A stretch of 64,000 nucleotides of DNA. Origin: Naegleria gruberi (Eukaryota). Shown here in pieces: positions 22,157-32,599 of this stretch (position 1 is its first letter; every line of letters starts with the position of its first letter). Below the pieces are notes generated by a model, which had not been told where the DNA came from, did no database searches, and saw only the letters and a list, made by a program, of their open reading frames with translations. A program made the position numbers and the translations under genes. The stretch lies in assembly GCA_000004985.1 (NCBI GenBank), contig GG738883.1; one strand, 5' to 3'.

Positions 22157-23326
22157 TTATTTGGAGATAATTTCCAACTCTGGGAAATCTTGTTTTCTGA
22201 ATAACTGCAAACCATTTACACCTAGCTTATTACCACCAAATATTAATTCATCCAATAATTCCTTTTCCAAAATTTTACTCAACTCACTTGTACCCTCGAA
22301 ACCAATGAGATTTCTTTCGAGGTTGACTGATTTGATATTCTTATGTTTTGAATTATTTTTCATGATGGCATCACTCAATACTGTTGCACCTTCATTACCA
22401 ATTTGATTAGCACCCAAATCCAAGCAAGTTAATTGAGGGCTGAGCTTTTCGAGAATACTTGCAACCGCTTGGGCACCTTCATCAGAAATCTTATTATGAT
22501 GTAAGTTAAGAGTTTGCACATAGAATACAGAGTGAAGAGATGCCAAAGCATTGACAAAGGTCTTGCACCCTTCATTTCCAATCTTATTGTAGGAGAGATC
22601 AATTTCGAGCAATCTCAACATGCCAGAGGTTGGCAATGCTTCGCTCAAGAGAGCCACTTGCTTATCGTCAATATTGTTGTGGGACAAATTAATAGAGGTC
22701 AATGTCTTATTTGATTGTAAAACTTGTGTTAATGGTTCCAAGTTGGAAAGTCCACATCCTGAAATATCTAATTTTGTGATTGACTTGTTTGTGACAAGGG
22801 CTTCACATAAAATTGACAAGTTCAATACGTTTGGATTATTCTTCAGCACGAGAGTATGTAAAAATTCGTGATATTTGAGTGGTTCTTTGATTGCCATCAA
22901 ATCTTCAACTTGTTTCAATTTACAGGTAAAGACCTTTCTCTTGTGAATAGTATTGAAAAAGTCAGTAACTTGTTCATTAATTGAACCAGAGCACAAATTC
23001 TTATAGTACAACATTGTAATCTTGTTATTGATGGCAATATACCAAGAACGACGTTCATCTTCACTACCACCTTCAACATCAAAGTACAATGTACGTCCAA
23101 CTGCATCATCATCATCGTCGTCATCATCTCCTGCGTCACCACTTGATGCTTCACTTTCTTCATCCATTTGAAGGAGGAAACGATTATTCATACCGTCAGA
23201 TGTGAAAGTTGAATCCTTTGGTGTATAAAGCTCCAAACATCCTTTAAAATCATCAGTTCTACTTTTTGCAAATCTAATAATTTGGGTACCATCCAAAACA
23301 ATTTTACCCTTTCTATTCGATTCCAA
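22157..23326 (-). CDS. PH-domain plus RNI-like leucine-rich-repeat protein; 5' end unresolved
   Basis: The N-terminal PH-like region is 'GKIVLDGTQIIRFAKSRTDD...RRSWYIAINNKI'. RanGAP/RNI-type LRRs follow ('LSHNNIDDKQVALLSEAL', 'DLSYNKIGNEGCKTFVNAL', 'HHNKISDEGAQAVASIL', 'GANQIGNEGATVLSDAI'). The track start is TTG, so a real ATG probably lies in a short upstream exon. Confidence 0.65.
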   Translation of the reverse strand: MESNRKGKIVLDGTQIIRFAKSRTDDFKGCLELYTPKDSTFTSDGMNNRFLLQMDEESEASSGDAGDDDDDDDDAVGRTLYFDVEGGSEDERRSWYIAINNKITMLYYKNLCSGSINEQVTDFFNTIHKRKVFTCKLKQVEDLMAIKEPLKYHEFLHTLVLKNNPNVLNLSILCEALVTNKSITKLDISGCGLSNLEPLTQVLQSNKTLTSINLSHNNIDDKQVALLSEALPTSGMLRLLEIDLSYNKIGNEGCKTFVNALASLHSVFYVQTLNLHHNKISDEGAQAVASILEKLSPQLTCLDLGANQIGNEGATVLSDAIMKNNSKHKNIKSVNLERNLIGFEGTSELSKILEKELLDELIFGGNKLGVNGLQLFRKQDFPELEIISK

Positions 23327-23424
23327 TAAAAATTAAAAATAAATTCAAAATAAAATCACACAAATCACATCAAAATTATAATGCACAAAAATAATTAATG
23401 AACTAGACAATTCCAAAAAACCAC

Positions 23425-24180
23425 TTACAACTTATTCTTCTTTGCAGTATAATAACTCAATGTATTACTACTCAAAACAAACCATCTCTTCTTCCAATTC
23501 TTTCTAAATCTACCTTCCTTCACCAACCATCCTTCCTTATCAACCTGCTCACTACTTCTAGCCACAATCTTCTCCTTCTCCGATTTCTTCTTACCTCCCG
23601 AAGTCAACAACTCCAACTGCTCTCTAAACACAGAGTCCTTGTTGTGGTACTTTTTTCTCGCGTCGGCAAAGAACGTATGAAACAAATCCAATTCTGGATC
23701 ACTTAAATCTTTTGGCGGTGGCGGGAAAGTTATCGTAGTTGCATTGGCGCCAGAATTGTTATTAGAAGCAGAATTATTATTGTTATTGGATGATGAAGAT
23801 GATTGGACGGGAACTTTATCAAAGACTGAGAATGGATGAATATCGTACTTGTAGATGGCTTCATCGAGATCGTTTTGAATATAATTGGATGAGTGGATGG
23901 AATCTTCCTTTCCGATACCTTGTGTATTAAAGTCCTTCTTGAGACCAGTGGCTACTTTGATGACTGTTGGTGAGGAGTGTTGGCGACCGTAGTTTTTTAA
24001 TTCACCCTCGAGGTCTTTTTCATTGTTGCCTCCGAACATTTTTTTTTGATGGGAAATTTGTTGTGAAATGATTTGTGACATTTTCAATTCGGAACGAATC
24101 TGTTGGTATGTACTGGAATTGTGTGTGGCACACACAAGAATTGTTGAGATGTTGTTTAGCAGTAAAGAGTTTAATAACAT
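23425..24180 (-). CDS. hypothetical protein with a hydrophobic N-terminus and a C-terminal PH domain
   Basis: The ATG is at 24180. The C-terminus 'KEGWLVKEGRFRKNWKKRWFVLSSNTLSYY' is a canonical PH-domain N-terminal strand. Confidence 0.5.
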   Translation of the reverse strand: MLLNSLLLNNISTILVCATHNSSTYQQIRSELKMSQIISQQISHQKKMFGGNNEKDLEGELKNYGRQHSSPTVIKVATGLKKDFNTQGIGKEDSIHSSNYIQNDLDEAIYKYDIHPFSVFDKVPVQSSSSSNNNNNSASNNNSGANATTITFPPPPKDLSDPELDLFHTFFADARKKYHNKDSVFREQLELLTSGGKKKSEKEKIVARSSEQVDKEGWLVKEGRFRKNWKKRWFVLSSNTLSYYTAKKNKL

Positions 24181-24188
24181 AGTTTAGT

Positions 24189-25418
24189 TTACAATCGAAT
24201 CAAGTTTAGAATACCATTGACAGTTCTCTTGTAGTGATCTGGTAAATAATCGACGAAAATATGAAAGACATGGAATGGAATCTTTTCTACCAAAACATTC
24301 ACATTATCAATTCCTTTCAATTTTTCCAAGACTGATCCAATTTCATAATTCAATCTTTCTCCAGAAGTATACGAAATGAACATTCCTTTTGGCAGTACAG
24401 ATGCAATTCTTTGCCATTTCTCTCTATTCCAATGATAAGGAGATAGAATTTGAGTTTTTTCTTGTTGACCTAGTCCACATGGTACTCCATTCAATTTCCA
24501 TTCTCTAATCTTTTCATTTCGAATGAGTCTATCCTGATGAAAGAGATCTCTACTCGGTGGAGTATCCATTTCCATATCACACCAAGGAGAAAGTAAGATG
24601 GCACCTTTGAGAGCATTCACATAATTGGCATCTGTTGAAGGATTCAACTGAGAAATTTTATCTGCAATTTGCCAACATAAATTACCACCAGCAGATTCAC
24701 CAATGACATAAATTTCCGAATGTCCCTTCACATCAACAAGCCATTTGAAAGCTCTGAATGCTTCTTCAGTAATTTGTTCAACTGTTGATTGTGGATAGGT
24801 TGTGTATTCCAATCCAAGTAGATCGAATGAATTTTCAGAGCACCATCTCTCATGAATATAACACAAATCTGAAACACCTGAAACGTAGGCACCTCCATGG
24901 AAGTGTAAAATTGCAATCTTTCTCTTTTGATTCTTTGAGAAATTGAAATATAAACTTTTAACAGAACTTCCTTTTAGGGTAAAATCTGGTCTCTCATCAG
25001 GTTGATGGAATGGACCAGCATTGAGTGCAAAAATTGCATCACTTGACCTATTCTTCAAAATTCTACAATTTTCCACAATTTGTTCGGCAGTGTAAGGTTT
25101 TTGATTTGCAGGAAGAGGAGGAAGTGAATATTTCAATGAACCAAAAATCAAATCAACCAAACGAAGAGTTGCCAATTCTCTATTATCCAATCCTTCCAAT
25201 GCTTTTTGTCTTTCAATTGCTCCCTTTTCATCATTCGATAAATTTTCCTCCCTTTTCAAAGATGATTTTCGGATGGAAAATCCAGAATTTTCCAAGAGTA
25301 AAAACACATGATATAGTGTCAAGGTAATCATGGCCAATATGCCTCTCTTGAATACAAATTTTCCAATCACCAATGCAACAATCAACGATAGGACAATACC
25401 ACCTATGAGTAGAGACAT
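24189..25418 (-). CDS. alpha/beta-hydrolase fold-3 esterase/lipase (AADAC / hormone-sensitive-lipase-like) with an N-terminal membrane anchor
   Basis: The ATG is at 25418. The oxyanion motif is 'HFHGGAYVSG' (HGG). The nucleophile elbow is 'GESAGG' (GxSxG). An N-terminal TM segment is present. Confidence 0.65.
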   Translation of the reverse strand: MSLLIGGIVLSLIVALVIGKFVFKRGILAMITLTLYHVFLLLENSGFSIRKSSLKREENLSNDEKGAIERQKALEGLDNRELATLRLVDLIFGSLKYSLPPLPANQKPYTAEQIVENCRILKNRSSDAIFALNAGPFHQPDERPDFTLKGSSVKSLYFNFSKNQKRKIAILHFHGGAYVSGVSDLCYIHERWCSENSFDLLGLEYTTYPQSTVEQITEEAFRAFKWLVDVKGHSEIYVIGESAGGNLCWQIADKISQLNPSTDANYVNALKGAILLSPWCDMEMDTPPSRDLFHQDRLIRNEKIREWKLNGVPCGLGQQEKTQILSPYHWNREKWQRIASVLPKGMFISYTSGERLNYEIGSVLEKLKGIDNVNVLVEKIPFHVFHIFVDYLPDHYKRTVNGILNLIRL

Positions 25419-25559
25419 TTTTTAACTATTATTGCCTGTTGAGAATCTTTTAAATATCCTTCCTACTATTATTGATGAAGAAAATTTTTGTTATGAACAT
25501 CGGAAGAATAAAGAAGTGGTTGGCGATAGATCTAATGCAAATTATTGTGCTAGTTCTCT

Positions 25560-26867
25560 ATGAAAATACTCTCTTTTGATATCATTGTAAAATATCAAAG
25601 AAAAAAAATGCAAGACATTAATGGTTTGAAGGTTTTGATTGGTGTCATTGTAGTGTTGCTGTTGGTCGCCCATGATGGTGTGTTATCGTTAGGGTTGAGA
25701 GTGAATAATAATCCTACTATTATTGGTGATCAAATTATTCCAGTAGAAATCAACGTTTTTTATTCGAATCCACAACTTTCTTCTCCGAAATTGTTTATCA
25801 GAGGAAACCTGAGTCCAATAATGTCATGGAATAGGGGTTTAAAACTTGAAGAGTCTAAACTCTCATCAGGAGTCTATCAATTACAATTCAACACTACCCA
25901 AAACCAATTACAAAATATTGGAAACCTATTCGAATTCAAAGCTCTCATTAATGACCAAGATTGGGAAATTGGAACCAACAACCAATTTATTCTCTCACTA
26001 ACTGCCAGAAATTCCATTTCAATCTATCCATGGTTCTATCAAAAGAAAGGTTCCATTCAAACATTACAAAATGTCTACTCACCAATTTTACAAAATTACA
26101 GAAATATTTCCCTTTACCTTCCACCTTCATATTTTGAAAATCAGGCAAAGACATTTGATAATTTATTGATCATGCACGATGGACAGAATTTATTTGATCC
26201 AGCAACAGCCTTCCTCAATCAAGCTTGGATGATTCAGAATACCCTTGATCCATTGATTACTTCCATGGATCCATCCTATGCCATGGAGGAGATTATAGTG
26301 ATTGGAATTGATAATACACCAGATCGATTGAATGAATATACCTATTCAAAAGATAAGGATTATGGTGGAGGAAAGGGAGATTTATATTTGGACTTTATTG
26401 AACATGAGGTTCTTCCTTATTTGTTGGCCAAGTTTTCCCAGAGATGGGTTCTGAGGAATGATAAATTGGGAATTTTGGGTTCATCACTTGGTGGACTCAT
26501 TTCGTGCTATGCTGGTTGGACTCGTTCCTCAATCTACTCAAAGATTGGATGTATGAGCAGTAGTTTTTGGTGGAATAATCAGGACTTCAACAATACCATT
26601 CTCAATAGACCATACACTCCATCGAACATTAACATTTATTTGGATAGTGGTGATAGTGGTGATGGAAATGATGATGTAATTCAGACTCAAACCGTTACCA
26701 AGCACATTTTGAACAAGGGCTCCTTCAAACTCAATCAGAATGTTTACTATTATCTCGATAAGGGTGCTTCACACAATGAATATTATTGGGGTCGGAGATT
26801 TCACGAGCCAATGTTGGCCCTGTATAAGAAATCTCCTCTATATTCCAAGTTCAATAGACTCTACTGA
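25560..26867 (+). CDS. secreted esterase of the 'putative esterase' family (PF00756-like, esterase D / enterochelin esterase type) with an N-terminal beta-rich domain
   Basis: The signal peptide is 'MQDINGLKVLIGVIVVLLLVAHDGVLS'; an alternative ATG lies at 25606. Motifs are 'LLIMHDGQNLFD' and the nucleophile 'GSSLGGLIS'. Confidence 0.55.
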   Translation: MKILSFDIIVKYQRKKMQDINGLKVLIGVIVVLLLVAHDGVLSLGLRVNNNPTIIGDQIIPVEINVFYSNPQLSSPKLFIRGNLSPIMSWNRGLKLEESKLSSGVYQLQFNTTQNQLQNIGNLFEFKALINDQDWEIGTNNQFILSLTARNSISIYPWFYQKKGSIQTLQNVYSPILQNYRNISLYLPPSYFENQAKTFDNLLIMHDGQNLFDPATAFLNQAWMIQNTLDPLITSMDPSYAMEEIIVIGIDNTPDRLNEYTYSKDKDYGGGKGDLYLDFIEHEVLPYLLAKFSQRWVLRNDKLGILGSSLGGLISCYAGWTRSSIYSKIGCMSSSFWWNNQDFNNTILNRPYTPSNINIYLDSGDSGDGNDDVIQTQTVTKHILNKGSFKLNQNVYYYLDKGASHNEYYWGRRFHEPMLALYKKSPLYSKFNRLY

Positions 26868-27062
26868 TCTTGCTTCCATTTTCATTTTTGAATCGACCAG
26901 TGCAAATGGTCCTATCTATTGGATTGGAATTGGAAACGGGAATTGAGCGAAATTAACCTTAATCCCTTTTTTCACCTTGATGTTTTCACAATAAAACTGT
27001 TCCAAGTACACTTGATATTGAATTCAACACGCTTGAAGAAAACAAGTCAAAAGCTATCTGTA

Positions 27063-28367
27063 ATGCTAACCTCAAAGATGATCACTAATTACTCCCTCTT
27101 GATGGGTGCCTTATTATTCACAATAATACTAAGCGGTATTGCTTCACTGGTGCATGCACAACAAATGGTTTTATCCAAGTCAAGATGCCATGCTGGTCCA
27201 TTCACAATTACATTCTCTTCGACCATTCCAATTTCCTTTGGTACATCTGCTAAAATCAATGATGGATACAATACCTCTTCAACATTCAATTCAATTGTTG
27301 GCTATTCTAAAGATGAGACTAGCTTTTCTTTCAGAGTTGGAAAAACATCTGAAATGGGTGATTTCTTTATCTTCAATTCACCACATCCATTCGCTATTAG
27401 CTATACCATCTCGATGGATTTTGCCATGCTGAATTCAGAAACAACTACATTGAAAATACCTGCCTTTGGCCATGAAAGATTATTCACATCCAATCTCGTT
27501 CACACAACCACAAACAGTTTAACATTAACCAATTTGGATTCAACAAGGCACCATGTGAAAATTGCATATACATTCGCAAAGAGTGAAAAACCAAATTATC
27601 AATCGTTTGTTCTTTCCACTACTGAAACTATTCCACTCACCATTCCTTCTCAATACACTTCCTCCTCCAATATTCCGTTCTACCTCTATCTCCAATGTCA
27701 AAGCTCTTCAGAATGCAACATGGAATTGAAAATTACCCATGTGAGTTTCACAACTCAACAAAACCCTACTATTGACTCCAGTGCACCTCCAGAAGCAGCC
27801 TCAGGAACCGACATGCAAAGTATCTTTATGGATGAATTATTGGAGGCTGTTCCATCAGTGGCCTATCTCATTGGAAGTTTAATTGTTGGCTGTATTGCAT
27901 GTGCATGTTTAACATGTTGTGGTGTTTACTGCCTTGCTAAAAGACAAAAGAAGAAGGCAAGAGTCTCTTGTATTGATGCCTCTACAGAAACTTCATTCCG
28001 ATTCGTAACTGCCTTTGATAATAAGCAAGGAGAAGGAAATAATGATGCAACTAATTGTCCAACTCTTGCCTTTGTTCCTTGTCATAGTTTTAATAAGAGT
28101 AATGTGATGATGCCAAGTGCTGCTACTCAAGTGGAACTTCCAATGGCTGCTGATGTCATTATGGAGCAACAACATCCTCAATCCTATCCAACAAGTTTAC
28201 CTCCTCCTTATTCTTCTTCATCTAATCTGGAGACGCTACCAACAAATGAATTTAGTAAGGGTGAATTACCAGTAGAAGAACAACATCCAGTGGTCATGTA
28301 TCAAACTGTGAATATGTATCAGGATCCTAAAATGTCTTTCGATGTTGATCCTAATTTTAAAGTGTAA
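27063..28367 (+). CDS. novel type-I membrane protein, paralogue A (signal peptide, conserved ectodomain, one TM, cytoplasmic tail with a PPPY motif, C-terminus 'FDVDPNFKV')
   Basis: The track ORF starts at TTG 26919; the first ATG is 27063 (MLTSKMITNYSLLMGALLF...). The ectodomain blocks 'FRVG..S..G.FIFNS', 'IPAFGHERLF', 'VKIAYTF', 'PFYLYLQC' and the TM 'VAYLIGSLIVGCIACACLTCC' are shared with 34498 and 36609. Confidence 0.6.
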   Translation: MLTSKMITNYSLLMGALLFTIILSGIASLVHAQQMVLSKSRCHAGPFTITFSSTIPISFGTSAKINDGYNTSSTFNSIVGYSKDETSFSFRVGKTSEMGDFFIFNSPHPFAISYTISMDFAMLNSETTTLKIPAFGHERLFTSNLVHTTTNSLTLTNLDSTRHHVKIAYTFAKSEKPNYQSFVLSTTETIPLTIPSQYTSSSNIPFYLYLQCQSSSECNMELKITHVSFTTQQNPTIDSSAPPEAASGTDMQSIFMDELLEAVPSVAYLIGSLIVGCIACACLTCCGVYCLAKRQKKKARVSCIDASTETSFRFVTAFDNKQGEGNNDATNCPTLAFVPCHSFNKSNVMMPSAATQVELPMAADVIMEQQHPQSYPTSLPPPYSSSSNLETLPTNEFSKGELPVEEQHPVVMYQTVNMYQDPKMSFDVDPNFKV

Positions 28368-28442
28368 AATAAATTATATTGTTATTTAAAAATACAAATC
28401 TGAGAAGAACATGTTCAAATAGATTGATGGTTCATTAGATAC

Positions 28443-29109
28443 TTAATGTTTTTTAAGATTTCTTGGACTTTCCAAGTAGGCTTTAACTCTCTCACTCTTC
28501 AATACATTTGCCTTCAGAGTTTCAAGCTTGGAATCATCAACAACCACTTCAAATCGATACAAATCCAAGTATGATAATAAATCGTACAAGTATAAATCGG
28601 CCCAACTCAATCCTCCCGGAACTAGATTGCCATTATTCTTGATGAGGTGAGAATTTAATCCTTTCATGATGAGTTTCAACCAACCATTTTGGAATTTAAC
28701 TCGTTCCTCCTCCTTCTTATCTTCGGAAGTAAAATAGACAATTCTGATAACGTGATTGGTTAATTCATCAATAGCAGAGACGCATTCTTCGAGAATGGCT
28801 TGATTTCTTTCATCAGTTGGATGAAAATTTGCTTGCTTGGCTAAGAATCGAGCAATAGGAATGGTTTGATAGAGTGTGAAATCTTCATCAACTTTGAGAG
28901 AAGGCAATTGACCATATCTTGTGTTTGGTTGAGTAGATGTCCAGGATCCATCTTCAAATGAAATTGATTTAAATTCGTATGGAATTGCACAATGTTCTGC
29001 GATCAACTTGATAATGTCCTACAAAGAAGATTCAGTAATTTGAAAAGTTGTTTCAATGAAAACTTACTGCTCTGCCGGGTCCAGGAAAGTATACTAATTG
29101 GTAAGCCAT
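28443..29109 (-). CDS. sigma-class glutathione S-transferase (haematopoietic prostaglandin-D-synthase-like), two exons
   Basis: Exon 1 is 29109-29068 (MAYQLVYFPGPGRA). The intron is 29067-29019 (GTAAGT...TTGTAG). Exon 2 is 29018-28443. 'MAYQLVYFPGPGRADIIKLIAEHCAIPYEF...YGQLPSLKVD..LYQTIPIARFLAK' is the canonical GST N-terminal thioredoxin-like domain. Confidence 0.8.
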
Positions 29110-29354
29110 TTTTATTTGTGAATTTGTTGGATATTTGGTTAGTCAAATCTAGCTATTTATTTCGATGACCTGACTTCATGCAAATGCTAGAACATCCAAT
29201 TCGAGTGGAAATTCGAATCCTGAGCGTACGCATTAATCTCCAGCTCCTGATACTTTACAATTTCAGTTCATTAAAGTTGCTTGCAGCTGAATAAGTTTCT
29301 TTATGCTCAGTGGCAAATATTGATCTAATTGTTACAATTTCAAATAGTTTTGGA

Positions 29355-30371
29355 ATGGGTGAATTATTTAAAAAAATGAAATTGTTGGAACTGCCAGACG
29401 AAATTATTTTTCATATTTTGGGATATTGTTGTGTAGCAGCAGAAAATCATCATGAACCTCTACTCCGAAATCCATATGTTAGACAAATGGCCAAAATACA
29501 ATCTATCAACAAGGATTTTTCAAGAAGAATTAAAAGTTATTCTGATACGTTTTGGAAGAGTCTTTTAGTGGATGAATTTGGAGCGAATAAGCAATTTATT
29601 AAATTAATAGATGATCAAATAACAGGTACTTTGCAAAATAAGAAGATTTCACTGAAGAGAAGAGCACTCTTGTTGAGAAAATTATTTAGTAGGAATTTCA
29701 AAATTAATACCAATAAGCAACCTGGTTATTCCGAATGTAAATTTTGTGTTTCTGGACCTGCTAATACTGGTAAAACTTGTTTAACCACAAAATACATAAC
29801 AGGTGAATTTCCACAAGTTACAGATCCAACAATAGAAGACAGCTACAGAAAGATGATACGAGTAGATGAATATTCACACCTTTTGGATATTTTGGACACG
29901 GCTGGGCAAGAGGAATATAAAGCAATGAGAGATGGATATATTGCAACATCACAAGCTTTTGTAATTACTGCAAGTTTAGATCTTATTCCAACAGAATGTA
30001 CACAATATTACGAGGAATTATTGGCTCAAATTATAAGCATTAAGGATTGGAAAGGAGTTGGATGTTATCATCCAATGGTTTTTGTAGTGAACAAGTCTGA
30101 TTTAGAACAAGAGGAAAGAAAGTCAACATTTGAGGAATGGAAAACATTTTTGAATTCAGTTATAGAGAGATATGGAATAATGAATTCTGAGATTATTGAA
30201 ACCAGTGCCAAATCCAATATTAATGTTTCAAAAATATTTGAATTAGGTATTAGAATGTTTCTACATTTTCATTTTAGTCACGTTTTTTGGTTTCAACAAG
30301 TAATTGAATTGGATACAAAAGCTTTTAGTCACACAGAAAACAAATCCGAAAAGAAATGTTTACTACAATAA
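29355..30371 (+). CDS. F-box domain / Ras-family small GTPase fusion with a C-terminal CaaX box (CLLQ)
   Basis: The track ORF starts at GTG 29310; the first ATG is 29355 (MGELFKKMKLLELPDEIIFHILGYCC). Ras motifs are G1 'GPANTGKT', 'DTAGQEEYKAMRDGY', 'NKSD' and 'SAK'. The protein ends 'KKCLLQ*'. Confidence 0.8.
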   Translation: MGELFKKMKLLELPDEIIFHILGYCCVAAENHHEPLLRNPYVRQMAKIQSINKDFSRRIKSYSDTFWKSLLVDEFGANKQFIKLIDDQITGTLQNKKISLKRRALLLRKLFSRNFKINTNKQPGYSECKFCVSGPANTGKTCLTTKYITGEFPQVTDPTIEDSYRKMIRVDEYSHLLDILDTAGQEEYKAMRDGYIATSQAFVITASLDLIPTECTQYYEELLAQIISIKDWKGVGCYHPMVFVVNKSDLEQEERKSTFEEWKTFLNSVIERYGIMNSEIIETSAKSNINVSKIFELGIRMFLHFHFSHVFWFQQVIELDTKAFSHTENKSEKKCLLQ

Positions 30372-30430
30372 GTCTTTCTTTCAATGATTGTTAAGGGAAA
30401 ATATTAAGAGATTGATTGCTCATCATGTGA

Positions 30431-30503
30431 TCCCCCTTAGCTCAGTCGGTAGAGCGTCAGACTGTTAATCTGCAGGTCGGTGGTTCGAGCCCACCAGGGG
30501 GAG
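30431..30503 (+). tRNA. tRNA-Asn (anticodon GTT)
   Basis: The 73-nt cloverleaf has a 7-bp acceptor stem TCCCCCT/AGGGGGA and a D-arm GCTCAGTCGGTAGAGC. The anticodon loop is CTGTTAA with U33 and GUU. The T-arm is GGTTCGAGCCCACC, with discriminator G. Confidence 0.85.
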
Positions 30504-31036
30504 ATGCTTTTGCTCCCTACTTACTTTTTTCCCAAACTTGTCCTAAACCTGACTTGTGTATTTTATGCATTTCCTCAATTTATATCATGGAAGTGTTTAT
30601 TGGATATTCAAAGAATGGAATATTCCGGGAGTGTCACTACAAAACAACTAGATATCCAATATCAACTTTAAAATTGTTAGACAACCATTTACCCTTAATC
30701 CAGTCAGTTTGCTCCACATATTTTATAGTATCAACAAGTTTTTGCTGGGAAGTTTCAATGTCACTAAACAAAATCACCAATGCTTGCCCATGACTTTCCT
30801 GTTTGTTATTCACATCACTTCGTTCTTTTAAAATGCCGAGTATTGACCTGAAAACCCAAAAGCCCGATAACTTTGTAAACACAATTTCAGCAGTATAACA
30901 AATTGTCCATTTTAAGTAGTTTTGCACGCACCTTTTAATACCAATGCAATTTAAAAAAAACCTCCAAACAACTAAGCACCCACCTCTACCTCGAACAACT
31001 ATAACATACTTGGGTGCATTCAAATTTTGAATACAA

Positions 31037-32293
31037 ATGAACAATTTAATCCTCTCAACATTTGATGTTATTTCCAATTCAACCTCAACAACCAATACAT
31101 CTGCACTCTATATTGGTAATTGCTTACTGGTGGACCCTGATGGCTATCCATATGTCGAGTGGATGTACAATCTAATGGGTCAGTGTGTCCATTCACCATT
31201 GGAGCAGAGCTCTTTCTATGTTGGATTGGGAAGTCTGGCCTTGTACATTGTTTCTGGCATTCCACAAGTTATTGAGAATTTCATGAAGGGTAATGCTGAT
31301 GGTTTATCGCCCTACACTTTGGCCATGTTTATCATTGGTGATTCGAGTAACTTGTTGGGGGCCATTCTCACCCGTCAATTATTCACACAAATTCTATTGG
31401 CCATCTACTTTGTCACTATAGAGGTGATTTTAATTTCACAATTCCTATTCTACAAATTGAAAGCACTGTGGAAGAGGAGGAAACACAAAGGACAAGAACA
31501 ACTCCACGATGAAGAGGATGATAAAGCATCATCTGCCAACACTTCAGCAATAGTATCAGCAGCCGTAGATACTCACAGTTGTACCTCAATGACTTGTACT
31601 CCATTAGAGGAACACAATAATGAATTTCTTTCCGATAGTGAGCAGCAGCCTCATCACGAGAATGGACTGATGAGTTTGAAGGGCAATGTTAATTCCACAC
31701 GAACTGTTTCTCTACTTGTTTTGTTGATGGTCTTTTTCTATTTAATGTTCACAATGAATCATTCAAGTAACAACCTTAATATTCCACAACAACACAATGA
31801 ACAACAAACTGGAAGAAGATTATTATCGAACCATGAAGATGAAATCAGCACTACCAAGGATCACAACAGCGTTCAATTTCCACCTGTTGCAACTGAGGCC
31901 ATTATTGGCTATACTATTGGTTTCATATCCACGACATGTAGTATTGGTTCAAGAATTGCTCAAATTATTAAGAATTTCATGAAAGGAACCTATGGCATGA
32001 ATCCATTGCTGTTTGGATGTTCAGTTTTTGGTAATATTCTCTACTCGTCATCAATTTTCCTCTTTAGTGTGAATGGTTCCTTTCTGTTGTACAAAATTCC
32101 ATGGTTGACAAGTAGTTTGGTCAATATTTGTCTTGATTCTTTCATTATTGCACAATACATTTATTTCACATTCATTAAAAAGAAGCAACCACAACTAGAA
32201 AACCAAAAAACCTTAGAAAATAGTGAAAAATCTAAATTGGAAATTCAAAATGAAGAAAGAATTGAGAACAAGTTGAAAGATTTAGAAGTTTAA
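31037..32293 (+). CDS. PQ-loop repeat transporter (PQLC2/LAAT-1/Ypq-like lysosomal cationic amino-acid exporter family)
   Basis: Two PQ-loop motifs are present, 'SGIPQVIENFMKGNADGLSPYTLAMFIIGDSSN' and 'SRIAQIIKNFMKGTYGMNPLLFGCSVFGN', within seven predicted TM segments. The ATG is at 31037. Confidence 0.8.
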   Translation: MNNLILSTFDVISNSTSTTNTSALYIGNCLLVDPDGYPYVEWMYNLMGQCVHSPLEQSSFYVGLGSLALYIVSGIPQVIENFMKGNADGLSPYTLAMFIIGDSSNLLGAILTRQLFTQILLAIYFVTIEVILISQFLFYKLKALWKRRKHKGQEQLHDEEDDKASSANTSAIVSAAVDTHSCTSMTCTPLEEHNNEFLSDSEQQPHHENGLMSLKGNVNSTRTVSLLVLLMVFFYLMFTMNHSSNNLNIPQQHNEQQTGRRLLSNHEDEISTTKDHNSVQFPPVATEAIIGYTIGFISTTCSIGSRIAQIIKNFMKGTYGMNPLLFGCSVFGNILYSSSIFLFSVNGSFLLYKIPWLTSSLVNICLDSFIIAQYIYFTFIKKKQPQLENQKTLENSEKSKLEIQNEERIENKLKDLEV

Positions 32294-32599
32294 TGTTTCT
32301 TCCTTATACTGCTTTCAAGTTTTGCAATTCCACAATACATGAACAATTCGAAATTAACATAGCATCATACCAATCATATATGCTTTGTTATCCAAAAAAA
32401 CAATTCCCTCAATAAGATAATCTCTTTCAATAATAAATATGAGAAAGTGGGAAAGTTTAGTTTTTTCAAAATTCTAATTGTCTAAAGTTTTTAATGGGAG
32501 TGTCTACTGTTCCAAAACCGATTCTAATATCTTCAAGTTGAGTTCATCATTTTGTTCTTCATCTCTCTTTTCTGGTATCTATTTTGACAAGAACAAAAA

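Noticed and set aside
30637-31095. 152-aa minus-strand ORF between the tRNA-Asn gene and the PQ-loop transporter gene
   Set aside because: It overlaps the PQ-loop gene's start region. It has no recognisable domain and its composition is odd. It sits where the PQ-loop gene's promoter and 5'UTR are expected, so it is probably a chance ORF.
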